A stretch of DNA of 64,000 bases, taken from NCBI GenBank assembly GCA_963727775.1, contig CAVSHB010000003.1:224001-288000 (forward strand), written 5' to 3'. Shown here one piece after another: positions 51,597 through 61,183 of this stretch. Below the pieces are notes generated by a model. That model was not told where the DNA came from, searched no databases, and saw nothing but the letters and a program-made list of their open reading frames with translations. How positions within the stretch are numbered: position 1 is the first letter of the stretch; each line of letters starts with the position of its first letter. Source of the DNA: an uncultured Nitrospiraceae bacterium. GTDB taxonomy: Bacteria > Nitrospirota > Thermodesulfovibrionia > Thermodesulfovibrionales > SM23-35. The position numbers and the translations under genes were made by a program.

Positions 51597-51827
51597 TCAT
51601 TTGTCCTTCCTCTTTTTTGGGGAGGCGGCTGGTCGTATCAGCCTGCGCACAAGAAAAACGATACCCAGTGCTATCACGATCCAGGCAACTACTATAATTA
51701 TGGTTATCGCGGTCCCAGGGCTGGGACCTTCGTAAATATGTCCGGGACCTGTACCATGGGCATGAGCCGCTGAAGCCCGACACAGAACCTCCGCTACTGC
51801 CATACTAGCCAGTTTGCGCTTGATCAT
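51597..51827 (-). CDS. Small membrane protein (signal, His-containing linker, TM)
   Basis: 76 aa; AHAHG then one TM helix and a basic tail; GAGGGG RBS. Confidence 0.5.
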   Translation of the reverse strand: MIKRKLASMAVAEVLCRASAAHAHGTGPGHIYEGPSPGTAITIIIVVAWIVIALGIVFLVRRLIRPAASPKKRKDK

Positions 51828-51919
51828 GCGTGTCCCCTCTTCATCTTATGTTCACCCCCCATAAATATTTTTGCTCCATTTCAATACCAGCCCAGTGCTT
51901 CCCAGCCCAAAGCCTTTAA

Positions 51920-53539
51920 CCCGAAAAATGCGTTTGCTATAGGCATACCTATAGAGTCAAGCCTATCAAGGCATTGGCTGATTTGTCGATATAAAAGCTA
52001 ATACTGATGCTGTTTCTTGTTCCACCTCCTGAAAATTATGTTCTTTTTATCTAAATGCAGTGCAATTACCAAAACTGGGGGGAAAGTATTGTCCCACGCG
52101 GTTAAAGAGGTAGCGCAGTTTTGATCGTACTTTCTGCGTAAAGACAGAAATCCGCAATACAGGTTTCCTTCCATCCCATCCTAATTGGGCTGGAAGGACA
52201 AGATACTTGTACCGTAAGGTTTTCAAACGTTCTGTCTTTTCTTTTTGACCGAGTATCTGATGCCTGAACAGGACAAACAGATTGTAGATGAATACCCGAA
52301 TAAGCATAGCCGCCTCCGTTGAGTAGAAATACTTCATCGAGAACCCGCCGAGTGCAAAATCCTCTTTCAGTTCCTTGATGGTATTCTCATCGTTCGCCCT
52401 ATGCCTGCATTGCTTCCATACCTCATATGTAGAATCATGTGAATTGGTTATCCATACGCTATAACGATAATGCCCTGTATCAAACTCATCTCCGAAAAGA
52501 GACAACTCTTTTCCCATCGCGTGCGGTCTCTTCTTGACATCCTGGCGCACTGCAATAAACCTCCTGTCGATTATCCACTCTACATGCTGGAAGAAGAACT
52601 CAGTGATCCATATCCCTTCTTCTACCTGTGCCCAGTTTTGTTGTGCGTAGATTATCCTCTGCAGCGGACGATATAGGCGAGCAGCTATGATATATACTAA
52701 TTCTCTCTTCTCAAGCAGTTCGATGAACTCCCTAAGATAAAATCCACTGTCTGCAATAATGCCCTTGATATCGATATGACCGTTGATCCTCTGCCATGTG
52801 GATTCAAAAAATCCAATAATGTTGTTCCATGACATCACGTTGCCGGGGCGGTTCCAAAGATTTATCACATACTTGTTTCTGTTAAGAAATGCCAGAAGCG
52901 GGCTGTGGCTACCACGGCCCTTCTTCTTCGGGTTATATCCCCTCTTGACTCCCTCCTGTTTTCCGTATCGCTCAAGGACTGTAGAATCGAACGTCAACCA
53001 GTCCTCTTTGAGCTCTTTCCAGGGGATCAATCTCTTCAAGTATCCCCATAATCCCTCCGACATCTCTTCCACTTCCTTCAGTTTTCTGATCTTCCTGAAA
53101 AGCCTGCCCAATGTCGTCGAGGCGATAGGAAGCCTCTTCACTGCAAAAAGATCGGTGAAAATCTCCTGCCAACCAAGATAAAGTAGATGAGAAAACCTGC
53201 TGCCTCCCGCATAGATCAGAAGGATGTATGCCAATACCTTGCTGTATATCCCCATTCCATTGGGTGAACTCTCATGGATCGGAATCACCTCTTGCAAAAT
53301 TCCTCTCAATTTGATCTTTTCAAAAAATGCAGCCAATAAACTGAATCCCCCATATGCCGTCATCTTCTTCTCCGTAAATCCAATCCTTACTTTATTTATT
53401 TCGATCTTTGTGCTACATTTTGACTGCATATTTCTATTCTCCTTTCGTTTAGAGTTGATGGTCGGGTAAACCTATTGATTCTAATACGAAAGGAGAATTT
53501 CTTCGGGGATATTATTTTAGGTCAACTGCACTTTTTGGG
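51920..53539 (-). mobile_element. IS1380-family element, copy A
   Basis: Ends CCCGAAAAATGC and GCACTTTTTGGG; TTAA on both sides (51916-51919, 53540-53543). Confidence 0.88.
52047..53429 (-). CDS. IS1380-family transposase
   Basis: TAYGG, TFDSTV, GYNPKK, RPGN, ADSGF, RANDENTIKELK. Confidence 0.92.
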   Translation of the reverse strand: MQSKCSTKIEINKVRIGFTEKKMTAYGGFSLLAAFFEKIKLRGILQEVIPIHESSPNGMGIYSKVLAYILLIYAGGSRFSHLLYLGWQEIFTDLFAVKRLPIASTTLGRLFRKIRKLKEVEEMSEGLWGYLKRLIPWKELKEDWLTFDSTVLERYGKQEGVKRGYNPKKKGRGSHSPLLAFLNRNKYVINLWNRPGNVMSWNNIIGFFESTWQRINGHIDIKGIIADSGFYLREFIELLEKRELVYIIAARLYRPLQRIIYAQQNWAQVEEGIWITEFFFQHVEWIIDRRFIAVRQDVKKRPHAMGKELSLFGDEFDTGHYRYSVWITNSHDSTYEVWKQCRHRANDENTIKELKEDFALGGFSMKYFYSTEAAMLIRVFIYNLFVLFRHQILGQKEKTERLKTLRYKYLVLPAQLGWDGRKPVLRISVFTQKVRSKLRYLFNRVGQYFPPSFGNCTAFR

Positions 53540-53684
53540 TTAAAGAAATCTCTTCAGTACAGTTTTGGGTCATCTATACCTTTTTACTACACCGCTATCG
53601 ATATCGTCTGACAAAGCTCTCCAACTGGCCGACCTCTGATTCCGATTACCAATCCATAGCATGATGTCTCCTGTTATTGAAGCG

Positions 53685-54623
53685 TCATTCAACCTGGATC
53701 ATATAGCTTGTGGTGATCACCTCGCCTCGGTATCCAACCTGACCAAAAATCTTGTACAGGCCTGCTGTCGGAAAAACGACATGAACTTCAATTTTAGGCC
53801 CGAACTTCTCTGGGACTGTCATCATCATCTGCATTTCATGTTCATGGTGCCCCATAGCCGGCGTACCGGGCAACTCACCATGAGTGTGAATGAACTGTGT
53901 GAGATCCGCCGATATTATCGCAAGATGCATTGGTGCAGAGAGCCAGGGTTCTAGGTCAGTGACAGGTTTTCCATTCTTTCTGAAGATGTAGCTAAGTGTC
54001 ACTTCTTTCCCTGACCTTATGCGCTCAGGCGTGGTGGCAAACTTAACATCAAGATCCCCAAATCTTTTTCCCCTGGAGAAATCTTGTTTTATACGCCCCA
54101 TCTTAGGTTCACCGACAACATCAATCAGAAAATGTTTCGAAAGCGGTTGATTCTTCACTGCAAAGTCGATTCCGACGATATAGCGTCCAGCTTTTGGAAA
54201 GGTAAACCGCACAGGGTATCGGGCGGTTTCCTTCATCTCGGGCGTTATCGGTCCGAAATCTTGAGGATGGATGTGAGCAAACACGCTGAAATCCTGACTC
54301 GCAATTATGACGTGTATAAGTCGATCGTGGATTATGGTGAGGTTCTTCACCGGCTTTCCTTCGCGATCTTTGAATGACAACATGATAGTTGTGGGCGTTC
54401 CCACAGTAATATGCCCCGGTTCCGTTTTAATGCTTGCAATAACCTCACTTTCACTTCCGCCATACAATTTTTGCATGCCCTCGAAATGATGGTCTTGCAT
54501 TCCACTCATCTCAGCAATAGCTTGGCCTCCGCACATGAGAAAGAGCCCGCTTAAAACTATTGTGACTGCCGTTACCAAAATCTTTTTTATTCCTTCCATA
54601 TGCACAGCCTCTTTTTCCCGCAT
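53685..54623 (-). CDS. Secreted His/Met-rich probable heavy-metal-binding protein
   Basis: Signal peptide; two related halves with FAHIHP and FIHTHG, LEPWLSAPMHLAII, FPxAGxY; AGGAGGAGG RBS. Confidence 0.7.
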   Translation of the reverse strand: MREKEAVHMEGIKKILVTAVTIVLSGLFLMCGGQAIAEMSGMQDHHFEGMQKLYGGSESEVIASIKTEPGHITVGTPTTIMLSFKDREGKPVKNLTIIHDRLIHVIIASQDFSVFAHIHPQDFGPITPEMKETARYPVRFTFPKAGRYIVGIDFAVKNQPLSKHFLIDVVGEPKMGRIKQDFSRGKRFGDLDVKFATTPERIRSGKEVTLSYIFRKNGKPVTDLEPWLSAPMHLAIISADLTQFIHTHGELPGTPAMGHHEHEMQMMMTVPEKFGPKIEVHVVFPTAGLYKIFGQVGYRGEVITTSYMIQVE

Positions 54624-54670
54624 CTGTTGCCTCCTCCTATGCTTAGTTTAATAATTCTCATCTGCCATAT

Positions 54671-54687
54671 AGCAAAAGCTATGCCGA
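54671..54687 (-). promoter_or_regulatory. sigma54 -24/-12 promoter
   Basis: Minus strand TCGGCATAGCTTTTGCT (GG-N10-GC), 48 nt upstream of the ATG at 54623, with an AT-rich tract further upstream. Confidence 0.6.
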
Positions 54688-55230
54688 TTTTAATCACATT
54701 GATTTTATTATATTTATGCAATACAGGGGTCAATACTACGGGCAATTTGTCATGCGTAAAGGTTTTTTGCCAAGAGAAGATAATAATCGATAAATATGGG
54801 GAGACCTTATTTTCTTTGAACAGTTAGAATACTACTCCTTACCCGGTCCTGGCTGACCTGTGCGAAGCTTTCAATAAGTGCCTTAGCCCCTTAGAGGGTG
54901 TGCTTTGATAGGTAGTCAGGGCTCTGAAGTTTTCCTCTCGTTTAGCCTATATTTATATTCTCGAAAGTCTGTAGGTCGTAAAACTGTCTGGACAACGGAA
55001 TATCTAAAATAGCCATAAAATAACTAGTGGGCATAATTTAACGACTCGGCGGCAGTGCGGTTTGTTAAGCCGGGGACAAGAAACGTCCCCGTCAAGCCAT
55101 CTAAGAATGTAACTATGCATAGCATTTATTGGCAGAAGCTGTAATAATAAATAACTCGGTATTTCCATAATAAGCCTGACTGGATGATCCAGTCAGCAAG
55201 CGAAATCGAGCGAAGGTCAGGGACTCAAAC

Positions 55231-57179
55231 AGGAGTTTAAGGGGTAACTGCATTTGAACTCTCCAACCGCTGGAAATTACTAGCTTTTTCCGACGACTTA
55301 CTGTAAGACCCTACATTATTGTATAACAAACCCATTATTTGTGCGTTTTAAATGCATTTTATGCTTGACATGTAAGACCCTACCATGGTAGTATTTGACA
55401 TGGCACATTTCCATATCAAGACGAAAAAGGGAAGACCCTACCTCTATGTGCGCGAGATTGCCCGCGTTGGAGGGAAGCCTAAGGTAGTCTCCCAAATATA
55501 CATCGGCTCTCCTGAACGGGTGGCTGGTCTCGTGGCAGGCTCTGCAGAGGCGGCAGTCAGGCTCAAAGTGGAAGAGTTCGGAGCATTGTGGCTGGCCCAT
55601 CAAGTTAGCCAAGATGTTGACCTTGTGGGCATTGTAGACAAGGAGATCCAGAGGGGTACTCAGGAGGAAGGTCCGTCCGTAGGAGAGTATTTTTTGTACT
55701 GCATATGGAATCGGATGTGCGAGAGCACCAGCAAGAACAAGCTTGCCCAATGGTATGGGCGAACGGCTGTCCAGCAGATTCGTCCTGTTGATATTGATGA
55801 GTTCACCAGTCAACGCTACTGGGAAAAGTGGGACAGGGTATCGGAAGCTGCACTCAAGACAATTGCCCGGCGATTCTTTGAGAGCATCTGGGAGCTTGAA
55901 TCCCCTAATGCCGACTGTCTGCTGTTCGATACCACGAACTACTACACCTTTATGGCGAGTGATACGCCCTCTGAGCTTGCTCGCCGGGGGAAGAACAAGG
56001 AAGGACGACATAATCTCCGGCAGATCGGATTAGGGCTTCTGGTATCGCGCGATAGCCGGCTGCCGTTGTACTATTGCGCCTATCCGGGCAATCTCCATGA
56101 CAGTCGTCAGTTTGAGGCGGTCATGGATGAGATGTTCGGAGTCGTATGCGGACTGAACAAGACGAAACAAAAACTTACCGTCGTGATAGACAAAGGGATG
56201 AACTCCGAGGGCAATTTCGCTTGGATAGACGAGCACTCCCGCATACATTTTGTGACGACGTATTCAACCTACTTCGCCGAGGAACTGGCCATGACGTCTT
56301 TGGATGTCTTTGAGCCGGCGGACACGGAGAAGAATCGGCTACTGCTACAGAAGGGGAAGAAGGAGGACCGCATGCTCGTGTACCGAACAAAGGGCGAATA
56401 CTGGGGCAAGCAACGGGCGGTAGTGGTAACGTATAATCCGATAACGGCAAGAAAGCAAACCTACACGCTTGACAGTAAACTGGATGCGATCCGACAGGAA
56501 CTCCTTGCCATGAGGTCAAAGGTTCGTAATAAAGAACCTCATTGGCGCAAACAGGAAGCGATCCGAGAAAGATATCTGCGTCTCTGTGAGCGTTTTCACG
56601 TGCCGAGCGATTTCTACGCCCTGGAGTTCTCTCAGACGGCAGAAGGTTTGGGTATGAGTTTCCGGAGAGATGGGACGGCCATCGAGCGAAAGCGCATAAT
56701 GCTCGGCAAGAACATCATTATCACCGACAACGTGGATTGGACCACAACGGCTATAGTAAAAGCCAGCCTCGACCGATGGCAAGTGGAGAGCCGCTTCCGG
56801 CTTAGCAAAGAAGACGATCTGGTTGCCATGCGGCCCATAAGACACTGGACCGACAGCAAGATACGCTGTCACCTGTTCAGTTGTGTTGTCGCTATGACAT
56901 ATTTGCGGCGGATTGAGTTGAAACTTAATGCCACAGGTATTCATCGCACAGCGGAAGACGTCATGGAGGACATGCGGAATCTACATTCTGTACTGCTTTT
57001 AAAGGAAGGCGGAAGAAAGGCTGGCCGCCAGATAGAGATACCGACGAAGACCCAAGCCGAAGTCCTATCGGCTTTTGGTTTCTCAGTAAATGCCAGTGGG
57101 GTCTTACACCCCAAAACCAGCTAAAGCCTTGTCATTGTTAGATCTGTGAGACTTTTTAGAGGTTACCCCTTAAACTCCT
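55231..57179 (+). mobile_element. IS1634-family element
   Basis: Perfect 18-bp inverted repeat AGGAGTTTAAGGGGTAAC; AAAC flanks both ends (55227-55230, 57180-57183). Confidence 0.88.
55400..57124 (+). CDS. IS1634-family transposase
   Basis: LFDTTNYY, RGKNKEGR, YPGNLHD, IDKGM, VESRFR, RPIRHWTD..IRCH. Confidence 0.92.
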   Translation: MAHFHIKTKKGRPYLYVREIARVGGKPKVVSQIYIGSPERVAGLVAGSAEAAVRLKVEEFGALWLAHQVSQDVDLVGIVDKEIQRGTQEEGPSVGEYFLYCIWNRMCESTSKNKLAQWYGRTAVQQIRPVDIDEFTSQRYWEKWDRVSEAALKTIARRFFESIWELESPNADCLLFDTTNYYTFMASDTPSELARRGKNKEGRHNLRQIGLGLLVSRDSRLPLYYCAYPGNLHDSRQFEAVMDEMFGVVCGLNKTKQKLTVVIDKGMNSEGNFAWIDEHSRIHFVTTYSTYFAEELAMTSLDVFEPADTEKNRLLLQKGKKEDRMLVYRTKGEYWGKQRAVVVTYNPITARKQTYTLDSKLDAIRQELLAMRSKVRNKEPHWRKQEAIRERYLRLCERFHVPSDFYALEFSQTAEGLGMSFRRDGTAIERKRIMLGKNIIITDNVDWTTTAIVKASLDRWQVESRFRLSKEDDLVAMRPIRHWTDSKIRCHLFSCVVAMTYLRRIELKLNATGIHRTAEDVMEDMRNLHSVLLLKEGGRKAGRQIEIPTKTQAEVLSAFGFSVNASGVLHPKTS

Positions 57180-57401
57180 AAACCCCCGGCCTTTTTATTT
57201 GCCCGCAACCCAGGTTCCCAGAGGCTAAGCCTCTGTTCACTTTTCAGGTTTCCTCTCTCCTCCTTCCCGCCCCTCTCGTCTGCACGCGCCGGATCTGAAA
57301 AGTTGGGTAGGTCGGGGGTTAAATTGATACCATATAATTCGCCAGCTGAAAATGCCAAAGGATATGTCGTGAGATACTCATGTTCATTTAACTGTTCACT
57401 T

Positions 57402-58637
57402 TCATTTTTCTAGCAGGCCCAGCTTACCCCCCAGCCATTTCGTTGTAGTGGCCTGAATGAAGATAGTCATCAGTATGGCGATGAAGGTAACGGCGGCAAT
57501 CGTTTGGGCTCCCGGCACTTTCTTCCCAAGCAGCAGTCCGGCAAGCGCTGCAGGGATCACACCGGTCTCTCTTGTCCAGCACATAAAAAGCATCTCGTTA
57601 AAGCTCCATCGGGCACGCCTATCGGGTAGGGAGCATAAAAAGACGGTAGTCGGCCTCGCAACGAGCATAAACAATGTAATTATGATGATTCCACCAAACA
57701 GGAATTTACTTATTAGGCCGAAATCGACCTGTGATCCCAAAAGAATGAATATGAACATCCTCATGATCATCGCTGTTCTGGCAACATATTCTTCCAGTTT
57801 TTCCTTCTCTTTCCGTTCCACCTGAAAGCCGAAGGCCCTCTTGTTGCCGATCATAATACCGAACACAAAGACCGCCGTGAATCCGCTAGCCTGCAAGTCT
57901 TCTGCACCCAGATAGGTTCCGGCGACAGCCATTAGGGTCACGACAGGAGCGTATTTAGCCAGAAAGTCGTACTTCTCATGGGCAATAAGTAGCAAGCTGA
58001 GATACCCCATTGCCAGCCCTATAATAATGCCTACAACAGACTGTTTTAAAAGATCTGTCAGAGATGTAGTCAGGGAAAAGTCCGCGGAGCCCATAGCAAT
58101 GGACAAGACCGCAAGCGTAATGACGGAGCCCGTTGCATCGTTAAACGCAGATTCGCTAATCAGTGTCTGGGAAACCCTCTCTTTTATTCTGACTCGTCGG
58201 AAAATAGGTATTATCGTCGCAGGGTCGGTAGGAGCAATGGCCGCACCAAGCAGCATCGACGTTATCAGGGGGAGGCCGAGGATATAATGCGAAGCGAGGC
58301 CCGTGAGTGACGCCATGATGAGGACTCCGAAGGTGGAAAGGGCCGCCAGTGTGATCCAGATTTTTTTCAGGACCTGTAACTTGACCGAAGCTCCGCCGTC
58401 AAAGAGGATGTAGCAGGCGCCGAAGATGAGTATGATTTGGTTCAGTGTAGCTTCAGCAGGAATACGCAACAACCCTGTCACTTCGGGTCCGAGAATTATG
58501 CCGGCTACCAGGTATATCGCCACGTCTGGAATGTTGATCTTTTGCGACAGGAATCCGGAAATAGTCCCGGCGGCGAGAATGACGGCAAACGAAAACAGCA
58601 CCTGTTTAGCTATCTCAAAGCTGATTACAGATTCCAC
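57402..58637 (-). CDS. CPA1 cation/H+ antiporter (NhaP-like)
   Basis: ILFDGG, APTDPA, ESAFNDATG, ARP; about 12 TM helices. Confidence 0.92.
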   Translation of the reverse strand: MESVISFEIAKQVLFSFAVILAAGTISGFLSQKINIPDVAIYLVAGIILGPEVTGLLRIPAEATLNQIILIFGACYILFDGGASVKLQVLKKIWITLAALSTFGVLIMASLTGLASHYILGLPLITSMLLGAAIAPTDPATIIPIFRRVRIKERVSQTLISESAFNDATGSVITLAVLSIAMGSADFSLTTSLTDLLKQSVVGIIIGLAMGYLSLLLIAHEKYDFLAKYAPVVTLMAVAGTYLGAEDLQASGFTAVFVFGIMIGNKRAFGFQVERKEKEKLEEYVARTAMIMRMFIFILLGSQVDFGLISKFLFGGIIIITLFMLVARPTTVFLCSLPDRRARWSFNEMLFMCWTRETGVIPAALAGLLLGKKVPGAQTIAAVTFIAILMTIFIQATTTKWLGGKLGLLEK

Positions 58638-59264
58638 GCACCTTCTCCCAAAAGTTTTATCAATTATAAAGAAAATCCCTCGCCTTTTGGCGGCGGCAGG
58701 TCTTTTGTTTTATGTACCTGTCTTCGGCCCCTGAGGGGATACTTTCAGCCTTCCAGATGTTTTTCCTGTCTAATGCCAGATGCACAGTTCGACATATACT
58801 CTTCAAAACCGCACCGGTAAAGGCGTGACGGCTTGAAACGGAAATAGTTATGAAAAATCTGAACTGCCTCAAACCCGAGTCGGTATCCACACTCACGGAA
58901 TCAAGTGGTGATGTATAACTCGAAACGTCTGTCTATAGCTCTCGAAAGTAAATAAACTCGCGCCGCACCATGCGCGTCGCTCGTTACGACACCACAGGGC
59001 GTTTACCCTGTGGGTCGGCAAGGGTCTTCGCTTCGCTCCGACGCCCTGCACCCCGACGACGCAAGGTTCCCGTGGCAGAGACCACGGGGTGTTTTAATAA
59101 TCAATTGAATAATGAAAGATTGACATTATTTGCCTCTGTTCTCTTTGCGGTATTATTTAAGTAGAATTGTTGTTGACAGATTATTACCAAAACAAAATCA
59201 ATAGAGACTAAGTAGAAATGTTTTATCTCGATTTGTTATGTTCTTCCTGATACCTTTGAATCTC

Positions 59265-59444
59265 TCACCTGGCACGTCGCTTCTTCAAGATGTCGAGACC
59301 GCCTCTATGTTTCCCATGCTTTCTGACAATCCGCATCCGCACGATCAGCAAAATAACGCCGCTAACAATAAGTATACATAAAAGGAGGATGAGGAACAGC
59401 CATATCCCTCCTCCATATGGCTCATACATCATTATCGTTTCCAT
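59265..59444 (-). pseudogene. Membrane-anchored SHOCT-domain gene with a premature stop
   Basis: GAGGAGG RBS; TM helix; LDILKKRRAR*EI versus the SHOCT pattern LDILKxRYARGEI. Confidence 0.6.
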
Positions 59445-59686
59445 AAGGGGATTACCTCCTCACTTCAGCATCCTCAAGACTGCACTTCAGCCCACAAATG
59501 TTCGAAACGTAATTTGATTATATCATCCCCACAATGCTCTAACAATACCATGTGTACGCAAAGAGAGTAGGGTTCTATCAATAGATGGGATGCTCCGAAA
59601 AGCGGAGTAGTTCGTAGTGTCCATCAAATCAGGGCCGATTTACAGACATTTGCCTTAATGTCGAAAAATCGTTTAAAATCAATTGT

Positions 59687-59727
59687 GGGAGTGCATAGGG
59701 TTCTGGTGTCCCTCCCGGACTTCAAAT
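59687..59727 (+). tRNA. selC: tRNA-Sec 5' half (truncated after the UCA anticodon loop)
   Basis: GGGAGTGC-AT-AGGGTTCTGGTGTCCCT-CCCGGA-CTTCAAA-T matches the bacterial selC 5' pattern (...GGACTTCAAATCC); 3' half absent; upstream TTGCCT-18-TAAAAT. Confidence 0.8.
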
Positions 59728-60024
59728 TTTTTTAACATCATTTTTAGCAATGTGGCTTCTGGTCTGGATTTCAAAGTAATTTATTGTTTTTAAATAACAA
59801 TTTTGCATTCCATAAGTTCCAGCATTTTCAATATATTATGTAAAATTAGGATACCTTCTGCTACAATTATGCTACAGTAAAAAATAAATACTCCTTCCTC
59901 CTACTGTTGATTTTGAGATTCTGCTGACTTACGCGATATTACATCTCGGAATAAATATGTTTTCAGAGAGAAGCGCTCGGCGTTTTATTGCATTTCACAA
60001 AGAAAGAAATATATACTTTGAAGC

Positions 60025-60402
60025 ATGATGGTTATTATTGTATATGGATTTAGCTTCATAATTATCTTGTTTTCTGGCTTATTAAGTTCTGCGCTTTCTC
60101 TGGTTTTTCTATCTAACATATCTAAACACTTCGTCACTAATCGAGGAATGTTGTCCAGAACGATCTTTCTTACTCAAGGATGCGTAGAGGGTGTCGTGCT
60201 TGCCTGTATCATATTTCTCATATTTCACGGATTCAGTGTACCACTAACGCTAATTACCTTAGCCATTCTGGTAGTTCCCTACATTCTTGAACAATTCACA
60301 CGATTTCAATTAAGTTCTTTCGCTCCTTATCGCGATATTCCTCATGCCGTGGGAAGGATATCCGGCATAGTGATTTCGATAATATATTTCGTAATCGGAT
60401 GA
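60025..60402 (+). CDS. Hypothetical multi-TM protein
   Basis: 125 aa, about 4 hydrophobic segments, AT-rich. Confidence 0.55.
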   Translation: MMVIIVYGFSFIIILFSGLLSSALSLVFLSNISKHFVTNRGMLSRTIFLTQGCVEGVVLACIIFLIFHGFSVPLTLITLAILVVPYILEQFTRFQLSSFAPYRDIPHAVGRISGIVISIIYFVIG

Positions 60403-60436
60403 AAACAAGCAGGAATGTGACGCCGTGTAGCGGGAG

Positions 60437-61183
60437 GTGAATTTGGATACTTGGCTGACGGTTCTGATTTCATTCTTAACCTCGGCAGGTTTGACGTCTG
60501 GAATCATGAAGCTAATCAGCTCCCGGATTGAGCATAAGTACCAGAAAGCCATTGAAGCCTTCAAGCACGAACTTAATGCGATTAACGAGCAACAAAAATT
60601 CAACTATCAGAGATGGATCACGGATTTTGGCATATTCACGCAAAAGAAACACGAAGCATACGCGGAGCTTTACAGACTCGTCCTAATAGCTGACGGGAGC
60701 CTTGAAGGGCTTTTGGGGTTCCGGCAAGTACCCTCATATGACGAGTATACACGCGAGGACATGAAGAAGCATCTCCTTGGTCAGCATATTGTCGAAGGCT
60801 TCATACCTCAACTTCTGGAAGACTGGGAAACATCTCGCGATGAGTGCATCAGAAAGATCCGCGATTATCTATCCGAGATTGAGTTCCAAAAGGCGGATAA
60901 GGCGAGAACCGATGCGAACAACTACTATTTACTCAACAGTGTCTATCTCTCGGACGCTGTAGAGAGCATCACTGCTGAAATCTTAAAACTCCTCGCCATA
61001 CAACACGTGATCGATCATCAAAGCCGTATAGACCATTACTCAGACGAAACACTTCGAGAGGAACGAAAGCAGATCAAAGAAAAGAAACCTGTTCTAATCA
61101 GGGAACTTAAGACGGCAATTAGGAAAGAAATGTCTGTAGGCTATTACAGCGAGAACTCAGAAATTGCGCCTCCAGTCCCTTGA
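60437..61183 (+). CDS. Hypothetical protein (N-terminal TM, helical), island cargo-like
   Basis: 248 aa ORF; GTG start. Confidence 0.7.
   Translation: MNLDTWLTVLISFLTSAGLTSGIMKLISSRIEHKYQKAIEAFKHELNAINEQQKFNYQRWITDFGIFTQKKHEAYAELYRLVLIADGSLEGLLGFRQVPSYDEYTREDMKKHLLGQHIVEGFIPQLLEDWETSRDECIRKIRDYLSEIEFQKADKARTDANNYYLLNSVYLSDAVESITAEILKLLAIQHVIDHQSRIDHYSDETLREERKQIKEKKPVLIRELKTAIRKEMSVGYYSENSEIAPPVP

Noticed and set aside
55030..55120. Integron attC site (GCATA...TATGC ends)
   Set aside because: Lacks properly placed RYYYAAC/GTTRRRY boxes; no cassette gene or integrase
55316..56011. 231-aa minus-strand ORF
   Set aside because: Antisense to the IS1634 transposase; no motifs
58640..58900. Na+ or other riboswitch upstream of nhaP
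   Set aside because: No consensus I could recognise; a TATAAT lies close to the start. An Rfam scan would be needed to exclude it fully
59265..59267. TGA in the SHOCT gene as a selenocysteine codon (near selC)
   Set aside because: It aligns with a conserved Gly (GGA to TGA), not Cys; downstream sequence is degenerate and no SECIS hairpin is evident
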